From sequence record MN908693.1: a stretch of 32,000 bases of DNA; one strand, given 5' to 3'. The notes below the pieces were generated by a model. The model was not told the origin of the DNA and did no database searches. It saw only the letters and a program-made list of their open reading frames with translations. Shown in pieces: positions 24,740-31,219 of the stretch. Within the stretch, counting starts at the first letter, position 1. The number at the start of each line of letters is the position of its first letter. This stretch comes from Gordonia phage AnClar. A program made the translations under genes and the position numbers.

Positions 24740-25086
24740 TGGACACCGGACCCTTGCCCGAGAACAGCACCATCGTGCGGCGCACGGTGATCACGCGCTA
24801 CCTCGACGCCGACGGTGAGCTGTGCATGCAGTTGGAAGCCAACGACGGCCACGAGGTTGAGGGCGAGTCTCGTGCTCTGGGAGATGAGCGCGGGCGACTG
24901 ATGGGCTACCGCTCAGGCCAGGTGCCCCGATCACAGCTGCGCCCGCCACCGCTGAGCGCGTGCGCCCCGCGCCCACCGACCGATCACGATCTGCACCGAT
25001 CCGAGGGCGTCGCGATCTGGAGCTGTGACGGCTGCCTGCACGATCTGCAGGACGAGGTGGCGCGGGGCTGGCAGCGGGCCTACTGA
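24739..25086 (+). CDS. hypothetical protein, last gene of the rightward block
   Basis: MDTGPLPENSTIVRRTVITRYLDADGELCMQLEANDG... Confidence 0.6.
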   Translation: MDTGPLPENSTIVRRTVITRYLDADGELCMQLEANDGHEVEGESRALGDERGRLMGYRSGQVPRSQLRPPPLSACAPRPPTDHDLHRSEGVAIWSCDGCLHDLQDEVARGWQRAY

Positions 25087-25400
25087 CGTACGGCGATGCT
25101 GAGCCGGTCGTCGGCCAGCAGGGCGTCGGCGGTGCGCACGCACCTATCGCGCGACCAGCTCACCCCGGCGTCGTGCAGGACGTCGGTCAGCACCTCGCGC
25201 ACCTCGTCCTCGTGGGGCCAGTCGGGCGAGCGCTGCCCGCCCCCGAACCCGCCGACGATGAGCTGTCCCGTCAGGGCGTCGCCGCGCTCCCAGCGGTACC
25301 ACGTCGGGTACGGGTCGCAGGCGAACCACTCGGTGCCGTTGACGTCGACCCGGCCACCGTCGGGGTGCTCGGCGGTCCAGCGCCTCGGCTCGTCACTCAT
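25080..25400 (-). CDS. hypothetical protein
   Basis: MSDEPRRWTAEHPDGGRVDVNGTEWFACDPYPTWYRWERGD...; convergent overlap with the 25086 gene. Confidence 0.6.
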   Translation of the reverse strand: MSDEPRRWTAEHPDGGRVDVNGTEWFACDPYPTWYRWERGDALTGQLIVGGFGGGQRSPDWPHEDEVREVLTDVLHDAGVSWSRDRCVRTADALLADDRLSIAVRQ

Positions 25401-25719
25401 CGCGGAAGTCCTGGTCGACCATGACGCGGCGGATGCGCTGCAGCGCCAGCCCTCGGTCAGTGGTCACGTCGGCGTCGAGCAGCGCGTTGACCGCGTTGAT
25501 GACGCGACGAGCGCGGTCCTGCCACTCGCCCATGCGCCGGGTGTCGGTGACGTACTCGCTCATCAGGTCGATGTGCAGGTCAGGGTTGGCGAGCAGGCCG
25601 GTGGCGATGTCGTCGGTGTCCTGGCCACCGTTGGCGCTCGGGCCGGTGAACAGCACCTGGCTGATCGCGGCGCTGAGCGCCTGGTGGACCGGGCTGCTGG
25701 TCTGTCCGGGGTCGGGCAT
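25393..25719 (-). CDS. hypothetical protein
   Basis: MPDPGQTSSPVHQALSAAISQVLFTG...; RBS AAGGAGACACC. Confidence 0.6.
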   Translation of the reverse strand: MPDPGQTSSPVHQALSAAISQVLFTGPSANGGQDTDDIATGLLANPDLHIDLMSEYVTDTRRMGEWQDRARRVINAVNALLDADVTTDRGLALQRIRRVMVDQDFRDE

Positions 25720-25756
25720 GGTGTCTCCTTGTCGGTGGTGGGTGAACCCGCAGGCC

Positions 25757-25788
25757 CCGCCACCCTGGCCCCTCGTCCAGGGTGGCGG
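25757..25788 (-). terminator. hairpin terminator candidate
   Basis: Perfect 12-bp stem CCGCCACCCTGG/CCAGGGTGGCGG, 8-nt loop, downstream of the 25806 stop. Confidence 0.65.
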
Positions 25789-25805
25789 TGCCGCGCCCGG
25801 TCCCC

Positions 25806-26105
25806 TCAGGCCGGGCGGTTCGTGGGGCTGGCCAGCGCGGCCTCGACCTCGCCGAGGGTGTGCTGGGCGCAGTCGGCGGCGCACGGGCACCCGGCCTCGC
25901 TGACCGCGTCGAACACCGCGTTGTAGCCGCTGTCACCGAAGTGCATCGAGACCGGGCTGTAGCAGTTGCGGCAGACGACGCCGGTGGGCGAGTCCGCCGA
26001 CCCCTTGCCCGTCGCGTTGCAGCAGAGGGTCAGCGGCACCGCGCCGAGCACGTCGCTGGCGAGGACCTGGACCTTGCACAGGGTGGTGATGGTGGTGGCG
26101 TTCAT
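25806..26105 (-). CDS. Cys-rich small protein, possible zinc binding
   Basis: MNATTITTLCKVQVLASDVLGAVPLTLCCNATGKG...VVCRNCYSP...CPCAADCAQH. Confidence 0.65.
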   Translation of the reverse strand: MNATTITTLCKVQVLASDVLGAVPLTLCCNATGKGSADSPTGVVCRNCYSPVSMHFGDSGYNAVFDAVSEAGCPCAADCAQHTLGEVEAALASPTNRPA

Positions 26106-26184
26106 GGGGGCCTCCTTCGGGGGCAGGTGGCGGGTACTTCCCGCTCACAACACCTACGTTACTCGGTGTTGTCTGGGGGCGCAA
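26106..26184 (-). promoter_or_regulatory. regulatory unit B
   Basis: -35 TTGCGC (26184-26179), 17 nt, -10 TAACGT (26161-26156); perfect palindrome 26147-26172; hairpin 26130-26144; GAAGGAGG RBS. Confidence 0.85.
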
Positions 26185-26185
26185 G

Positions 26186-26207
26186 CCCCGGCCCTCGCGG
26201 GCCGGGG
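26186..26207 (-). terminator. hairpin terminator with GCGA loop (minus strand) abutting promoter B
   Basis: CCCCGGCCC (26186-26194)-TCGC-GGGCCGGGG (26199-26207). Confidence 0.65.
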
Positions 26208-26218
26208 TGTTCTGCGAC

Positions 26219-26431
26219 TCAGCCCCAGGCCGTCGCGCCCCGGCGGTGGCGTCCGACGTAGGGTCCGTCGTTCTCGACCCAGTTGCCCAGCAGTCGGGTG
26301 GCCTCGTCCTCGTCGACGCCCAGGTCGCGGGCCAGGCGCTCGGTCTCGACGTCGAACGCCTTGGTCTCGGCGTAGCGCGCGGCAGCGTGGGCGATGGCGG
26401 TCTGCTCGGTGGTCAGGGTGGTGGCGTTCAT
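26219..26431 (-). CDS. small hypothetical protein
   Basis: MNATTLTTEQTAIAHAAARYAETKAFDVETERLARDLGVDEDEATRLLGNWV... Confidence 0.65.
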   Translation of the reverse strand: MNATTLTTEQTAIAHAAARYAETKAFDVETERLARDLGVDEDEATRLLGNWVENDGPYVGRHRRGATAWG

Positions 26432-26501
26432 GGTGTTCCTCTCTCGGCGGGTAGGTCCCGCTCACAACAGCTACGTTACTCGGTGTTGTGGTCGAGCGCA
26501 A
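26432..26501 (-). promoter_or_regulatory. regulatory unit C
   Basis: -35 TTGCGC (26501-26496), 17 nt, -10 TAACGT (26478-26473); palindrome 26464-26489; hairpin 26447-26461. Confidence 0.85.
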
Positions 26502-26540
26502 GCCCAGGGCCGGTGTGTTCCGCTACGCTGGCGACGTGGC

Positions 26541-27108
26541 AGAACCGACGCGTTGGGAGCCGGACGAGCACATCGTGGCAGCAGCCCGAGCTGGGCGGCT
26601 GACCATGGCCGACCTCGACAGCCCCGACCGCGCGTGGGTCGTCGCCCACCTGACCGCCGAGGGCATGACCGCCGCCGACGCCGCCGACCGGCTCAGCTGC
26701 TCGGTGCGCCTGATCAAGACCGTGCGCGCCGACCCCATGACCGCCGTCGTGGCCCTGCTCATCGCCGAGACCGCCGCGTTCGAGGGCGAGTCCCGGCTCC
26801 TGCGTTCCGAGCTGGCTGTGGCCAACACAGCCGCCGCACAGTGCGCCGCTGAGACCGAGCGCCTACGCGCCCAGGTCGCACGCCTGGTCGGCGAGCGCAG
26901 CTGCAACGCCGGGCACGAGCTGACGCCCTGGAACAGCTACCGCCGCCCTGACGGGCGCATCGAGTGCCGCCAGTGCATCGCCGCGCGCTCGCGCCGTTAC
27001 CGGCAGAACCGTCATGCCCGCAGGCATGACGGCCCCGCCTCGGCCCTAGATGTCCAGGCCGTTGCGCCGCAGCTGGGCGCGGTCGTTCAGCGTGGTGCGG
27101 TGGTCTGA
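26541..27108 (+). CDS. HTH protein with C-terminal HNH/zinc-finger-like Cys pattern (start uncertain)
   Basis: VAEPTRWEPDEHIVAAARAGRLTMADLDSPDRAWVVAHLTAEGMTAADAADRLSCSVRLIKTVRADPM...CNAGHELTPWNSYRRPDGRIECRQC. Confidence 0.65.
27011..27030 (-). terminator. hairpin downstream of the HicA-like gene, inside the convergent CDS
   Basis: GTCATGCC-CGCA-GGCATGAC, perfect 8-bp stem. Confidence 0.45.
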
Positions 27109-27246
27109 GGGCGTCGAGGCGACGACCCCGATCAGGCGACCGTTGAGGTAGATCTTGTAGTGCGGGTTGCGCTTGCTGCGGCGAACCTCGCCACCGGCAG
27201 CCTCGACTGCCTTGAGCAGTTGCTTCACGTCTTTGTTGCTGGCCAT
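27046..27246 (-). CDS. HicA/YcfA-like RNA-binding domain protein
   Basis: MASNKDVKQLLKAVEAAGGEVRRSKRNPHYKIYLNGRLIGVVASTPSDHRTTLNDRAQLRRNGLDI resembles HicA with a central H and C-terminal STPSDHR..N.RAQLRR.G. Confidence 0.65.
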   Translation of the reverse strand: MASNKDVKQLLKAVEAAGGEVRRSKRNPHYKIYLNGRLIGVVASTPSDHRTTLNDRAQLRRNGLDI

Positions 27247-27318
27247 CTGGGTGCTCCCTCCGGGCGGGTAGGTCCCGCTCACAACACCTACGTTACTCGG
27301 TGTTGTCGGCAGGCGCAA
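27247..27318 (-). promoter_or_regulatory. regulatory unit D
   Basis: -35 TTGCGC (27318-27313), 17 nt, -10 TAACGT (27295-27290); perfect palindrome 27281-27306; hairpin 27264-27278. Confidence 0.85.
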
Positions 27319-27688
27319 GCCCTTCCAGCGCCTCAGTCACAGCGCTCAGGTCGGCGTACATTCCGATGTCGGCCAGCACCTCGACGATCGCGCCCGCGCT
27401 GAACACCGGCCACAGGAACGGCTCCAGGTCGACGTGGGTGTAGGTCTGCCGGGTGAGCAGGCCGCCGGTGGGCACGTCGCCGCGCTGAGCGACCTCAGCG
27501 ATGGCGGTGAGCAGGCTCAGCGTCACCCCGGACTCGTCGTCGGTCCACTCGGCTACGGCGGCGGGCCTCAGGGCCACCGTCGGCCACGGCCAGTCGCGCA
27601 GGTCGACGTGCTCGCCCGAGCGCGGCACGACCACCCCGACCCGCAGGCCGGAGCAGTCGAACCACACCGCGTTGCCGCCCTCAGTCAT
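27293..27688 (-). CDS. hypothetical protein
   Basis: MTEGGNAVWFDCSGLRVGVVVPRSGEHVDLRDWPWPTVALRPAAVAEW...APADNTE. Confidence 0.65.
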   Translation of the reverse strand: MTEGGNAVWFDCSGLRVGVVVPRSGEHVDLRDWPWPTVALRPAAVAEWTDDESGVTLSLLTAIAEVAQRGDVPTGGLLTRQTYTHVDLEPFLWPVFSAGAIVEVLADIGMYADLSAVTEALEGLAPADNTE

Positions 27689-28487
27689 CGGAGCTGTCCT
27701 GGTCCTCGGTCTCGCAGTCCTCGCACATGTCGCCCTCGTCATCGACTGTCGCGTTGCCGCAGCGGTCGCACCAGTGCTCATCCGAGCAGCTGCAGTCGAC
27801 CTCGTGCTCGTCGCACTCGTCGCACGTCTCGCCGTCGTAGGCGCACCGCCACGTCCACTCGCCGCAGTCGGCGCACATGTCGCGGCTCTCGACGACGTCG
27901 CCGTGGCGGTCGATGGTCTCGACGATGGCCCTGAGATCGGCCAGGGTGTTGGACGCGTTGAACAGCACGTCAGCGGTGTCGGTGTCGATGCCGAGCAGGT
28001 CGGCGGCTCGGTCCTCGACCATCAGCGTGTCGCCGGTGTCGTAGGTGGTGACCTGGTGCATGGACACGTCGATGCGCTCGTGGCCCAAGATGTCGCCGAC
28101 GAGGGCGCTCAGGTGCGGCATGTCGCCGACGGCCATCACCGCGTGGCCAGCGAAGCACCCGGCGGTGCCGCACAGGTTGCGCACGGTCGGGGGCAGGTCG
28201 ATGTGGACGAACTCGCCCTCGTAGTCAGCGAGCGCGGTGGCGTCGGGCAGCCCCAGATCAGCGGTGGCCAGGGCCACGAGGTTGACCGAGTCGGAGACGG
28301 CACCGAGGTTCGCCTGGAGCCAGTCGCCCTGGTCCCAGTGCCGGGCGCTGCTGTCGTTCGCCAGCCAGTCGGCCACCCGCTGCTGGGCCTGCGCCTCGGC
28401 GGCGACCTCGGCCTCGACGAGGGCCATGATCTCGTGCAGCAGCGCGGTGCCGCGATTGGTGGACGGGGCGAACTCGGGGGTGGTCAC
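27681..28487 (-). CDS. hypothetical protein with Cys-rich zinc-ribbon-like C-terminus
   Basis: GTG start; C-term MCADCGEWTWRCAYDGETCDECDEHEVDCSCSDEHWCDRCGN...CEDC. Confidence 0.7.
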   Translation of the reverse strand: MTTPEFAPSTNRGTALLHEIMALVEAEVAAEAQAQQRVADWLANDSSARHWDQGDWLQANLGAVSDSVNLVALATADLGLPDATALADYEGEFVHIDLPPTVRNLCGTAGCFAGHAVMAVGDMPHLSALVGDILGHERIDVSMHQVTTYDTGDTLMVEDRAADLLGIDTDTADVLFNASNTLADLRAIVETIDRHGDVVESRDMCADCGEWTWRCAYDGETCDECDEHEVDCSCSDEHWCDRCGNATVDDEGDMCEDCETEDQDSSDD

Positions 28488-28582
28488 AGTGGTCTCCTCG
28501 GGGTCTGGGGTCGACGGGGGTGTTCCCTCGCCAGGAGGCGCACCCTGCTCGCCAGTGCAGAGCAGGGGACGCCACCAGGCGA

Positions 28583-28601
28583 CCGGGGCGCGAGGCCCCG
28601 G
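28583..28601 (-). terminator. hairpin terminator candidate
   Basis: CCGGGGC-GCGAG-GCCCCGG directly downstream of the 28609 stop. Confidence 0.5.
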
Positions 28602-28608
28602 CGCTGGC

Positions 28609-28932
28609 TCAGTCCTCGGCGTCGTCGTCCACGCGGACGTCGCGCCAGTAGAAAATGGTGTCGCGGCCCATGCTGTCGGTGCTCGGCTCGCCGAGGTCGC
28701 CGATGGCCCACAGCAGCGCCTCGATGCTGACCTTGGCGTCCAGCTCGTAGCCGCAGGTGGCGGCGGCGAGCAGCAGCGCGAACTGCGAGCACTCAGCGCC
28801 GACGTAGCCGACGCAGCTCTTGCCGTACATGAACCGGCCCGAGTAGTCGGGGCGGATGTCCTCGCCCAGCTCGGCGTCGATGAGTTCGGCGATCTGCTCC
28901 AGCTGCTCGGTGGTGACGGTGGTCTGGCTCAT
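28609..28932 (-). CDS. hypothetical protein
   Basis: MSQTTVTTEQLEQIAELIDAELGEDIRPDYSGRFMYGKSCVGYVG... Confidence 0.65.
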   Translation of the reverse strand: MSQTTVTTEQLEQIAELIDAELGEDIRPDYSGRFMYGKSCVGYVGAECSQFALLLAAATCGYELDAKVSIEALLWAIGDLGEPSTDSMGRDTIFYWRDVRVDDDAED

Positions 28933-29008
28933 GGGGTTGTCCTCTCGGTCGGGGCGGGTAGGTCCCGCTCACAACACCTACCTTAGTCGGTGTTGTGAGC
29001 GGGCGCAA
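28933..29008 (-). promoter_or_regulatory. regulatory unit E
   Basis: -35 TTGCGC (29008-29003), 17 nt, -10 TAAGGT (28985-28980); perfect palindrome 28971-28996; hairpin 28954-28968. Confidence 0.85.
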
Positions 29009-29012
29009 GCCG

Positions 29013-29579
29013 TCAGTACGGCCCGTTGCCGCAGCCGCCGAAGTCGCCCAGGCCCTCGCCGCCGGTACGGATGGCCCCGCCCTTGGCGTACTCGGTGTGG
29101 TGGACGATCGGGGCCTGGTGCCCGCCCATCGACTCAGCGGCAGCCGGTCGGTGTTCCTGAGCGCGGAACGGCGACGCCTGCGGCACCCCGGCTGCCTGCT
29201 CGGCGGCGACCAAGGCGTCGGCCCCGGCCCAGCTGTAACGCACGCCGCCATTGCCCCTGACGATCTCGCCCAGCAGGGCGGTGGTGTCCTCGTTCTGGAA
29301 GGGAGTCCACCAGTTGCCGACGACGCCGAGGGTCTCGGCCTTGCCGGTGATCGGGTTCGTGCGCACGCTGGCGAACTTGTCGTCGACCGGCAGCAGCTCG
29401 TCGCCCACCTGAGCCAGCAGCGGCTCCTTGCGGACGTTCCAGCCGGTCATGTGCGCGGCGGCGAGCGCCTCGTCGGCGGTCATCAGGTGGCCGACCTGGG
29501 TGCCGAGCTGGTGCCAGGCGTCGGTGCGGCTGTCGGCGTAGCTGGCGACGCCGTTGGTGATGTCGAGTTCGTGGGCCAT
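29013..29579 (-). CDS. DUF932-like (phage/plasmid-related) protein, apparently truncated
   Basis: MAHELDITNGVASYADSRTDAWHQLGTQVGHLMTADEALAAAHMTGWNVRK...FASVRTNPITGKAETLGVVGNWWTPFQNED then a non-matching tail, stop after 188 aa. Confidence 0.65.
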   Translation of the reverse strand: MAHELDITNGVASYADSRTDAWHQLGTQVGHLMTADEALAAAHMTGWNVRKEPLLAQVGDELLPVDDKFASVRTNPITGKAETLGVVGNWWTPFQNEDTTALLGEIVRGNGGVRYSWAGADALVAAEQAAGVPQASPFRAQEHRPAAAESMGGHQAPIVHHTEYAKGGAIRTGGEGLGDFGGCGNGPY

Positions 29580-29657
29580 GGTGTCCTCCTGGGGTTCGTC
29601 GGCGGGTACTTCCCGCCTGACAAGAACTACACTACTCGGTGTTGTGGTCGTGCGCAA
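29580..29657 (-). promoter_or_regulatory. regulatory unit F
   Basis: -35 TTGCGC (29657-29652), 17 nt, -10 TAGTGT (29634-29629); partial palindrome 29620-29645; hairpin GGCGGG-N5-CCCGCC 29601-29617. Confidence 0.8.
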
Positions 29658-29758
29658 GGCAGCTGACCAGAAACTTCCACCGGGAGGGGAGCCGGGCCGG
29701 TTCGTGCCCTCGCAGCTCATGCGGTCGCGGTTTCGCGTACCGGCTCCCCACCGGGTGG

Positions 29759-29778
29759 CCCCGCCCTCGCGGGCGGGG
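29759..29778 (-). terminator. hairpin terminator with GCGA loop (minus strand)
   Basis: CCCCGCCC-TCGC-GGGCGGGG, just downstream of the 29787 stop. Confidence 0.65.
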
Positions 29779-29786
29779 TCCGTCGG

Positions 29787-30050
29787 TCAGGCGATGATCC
29801 CGTTGACCCAGCTGGCCAGGTCCAGGGCCTCGCGGGCGCTGAGCACCCCGAGGTCGGCGACGGCGATCCGGTGCTCCTTGCCGCTGCCGTCGGTGTAGCG
29901 GCCCTTGGCGCAGTCGGCCTGGATATCGGTCCAGGTGATCTGGGTGCCGACCTGCTCCTGAGCTTCCAGCAGGTGCCCGGCGGTCAGCTCGGGGGCCTCG
30001 ATCTCGGCGCTGTTGGTCTGGAACTTGGTGACGATGGCGATCTCGGTCAT
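29787..30050 (-). CDS. small hypothetical protein
   Basis: MTEIAIVTKFQTNSAEIEAPELTAGHLLEAQEQVGTQITWTDIQADCAKGRYTDGSGKEHRIAV... Confidence 0.65.
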   Translation of the reverse strand: MTEIAIVTKFQTNSAEIEAPELTAGHLLEAQEQVGTQITWTDIQADCAKGRYTDGSGKEHRIAVADLGVLSAREALDLASWVNGIIA

Positions 30051-30130
30051 GGCTGGGGTCCTCTCCCTCGGGGCCGGGTCCGTCCCGGCCTCACAAGAAC
30101 TACATTACTCGGGGTTGTGGTCGTGCGCAA
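30051..30130 (-). promoter_or_regulatory. regulatory unit G
   Basis: -35 TTGCGC (30130-30125), 17 nt, -10 TAATGT (30107-30102); partial palindrome 30093-30118; hairpin GGCCGGG-N5-CCCGGCC 30072-30090. Confidence 0.8.
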
Positions 30131-30236
30131 GCCTGCTGTCCAGGAAAGCCCTGTGTAGCGCCACACCCCGAAAACGACCGCAGCCCCCGACCTCGTGGGT
30201 CAGGGGCTGCGGCGGCAGCGCAGGGAGCTGAGCGGC

Positions 30237-30416
30237 CTACTCTACCGGCGGCACCAGCGCGCGGGCGAGCAGGGCGTCGACAGCGGTGGCGAGCTGGTCG
30301 AGCAGGTCGGCGGCCCGCATGGTGAACTCGCGCGGCTCGTCGAGCGCCCCGCCGAGGTGGTGGCGCGTGGCGTCGATGTCGTTGCGCAGCCGTACGAGGT
30401 CCAGGTGGTCAGCCAT
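30237..30416 (-). CDS. small hypothetical protein
   Basis: MADHLDLVRLRNDIDATRHHLGGALDEPREFTMRAADLLDQLATAVDALLARALVPPVE. Confidence 0.5.
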   Translation of the reverse strand: MADHLDLVRLRNDIDATRHHLGGALDEPREFTMRAADLLDQLATAVDALLARALVPPVE

Positions 30417-30756
30417 CGGTCGGCTCGGCGTTTTCGCCGCCCTCAGCCGGGGCCTCGGCCTCGTCGTCATCGTTGGGCCAGGACGGGGCCTCGTAGGCGT
30501 AGTCCGGGCCGGTGCGCGGCAGCTCGCCCATGTTCACCGGGGCGGTGTTGGCGTCGCCGCCGATCGAGCTGCCACCCGAGCGCGAGACGATCGGGGGCGG
30601 GCAGGGCGCGGTGCCGGTCGCGGTCGTGATCACGCACGCCGGTGCCGGGGTCGGCGCAGCCTCGGCGGGCGCGGGGGCCAGTGCGGCGGCGGTGCCCATG
30701 ATGCCCAGGATGAGCGAGGCGAACAGCAGGTGGGGGCGGATGGTGGTGGCGTTCAT
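30409..30756 (-). CDS. putative secreted/membrane-anchored proline-alanine-rich protein
   Basis: N-terminal signal-like MNATTIRPHLLFASLILGIMGTAAALAPAPAEAAPTPAPAC. Confidence 0.6.
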   Translation of the reverse strand: MNATTIRPHLLFASLILGIMGTAAALAPAPAEAAPTPAPACVITTATGTAPCPPPIVSRSGGSSIGGDANTAPVNMGELPRTGPDYAYEAPSWPNDDDEAEAPAEGGENAEPTDG

Positions 30757-30925
30757 GGCGTCTCCTCAGACGGTGGGGTGGTGTGGGGGCGGCAGGCAGG
30801 GCCGGGATGCCCACGATGCATACGGCCTGACCCGTCGGTCTTCCGACTCTCGCGCGGGCGCGACCCTGCCTGTCTCTGCGCGATCCTCTACTGAGCGCCC
30901 CGTCGGGCAACCTCGCCGCGCATTG

Positions 30926-31005
30926 TGGTCTGCCCAGGACTTGCACCTGGTGCCCAGCGCCCGACCTTCAACGGGCTGTGACAGCTCTCGGTTTGGCTGC
31001 AGACC
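30926..31005 (-). other. tRNA-like structure (degenerate or non-canonical tRNA candidate)
   Basis: Minus strand: acceptor GGTCTGC/GCAGACC 7/7, arm GCCCG-TTGAAGGT-CGGGC 5/5, T-arm CCAGG-TGCAAGT-CCTGG 5/5 with 7-nt loop, discriminator A; no encoded CCA and weak D-arm. Confidence 0.35.
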
Positions 31006-31219
31006 TTGCGCCGCGATCAACGATCCCCGCTCGCGGCCAACGGACCAGGCGCTACACGTCCCACCTGGCAGGCGGCTGTCTCTCCAGCAGTCACGTCTGG
31101 GGTCTCCCGGTGAGGCGACCCTGGTCCCGCCCGCGCGAGCGGGTGATCAGGGCTGGCCCTTGACGGAGCGACGTTCCTCCAGCTCAGGCACGCGCGTGCC
31201 CTCGCTCTCCTCCCTCGTC

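Noticed and set aside
29686-29749. tRNA in the structured spacer between genes 29787 and 29013
   Set aside because: The outer stem is 10 bp with a 44-nt loop and no 5-bp T-stem with a 7-nt TTCRANN loop or anticodon arm could be drawn.
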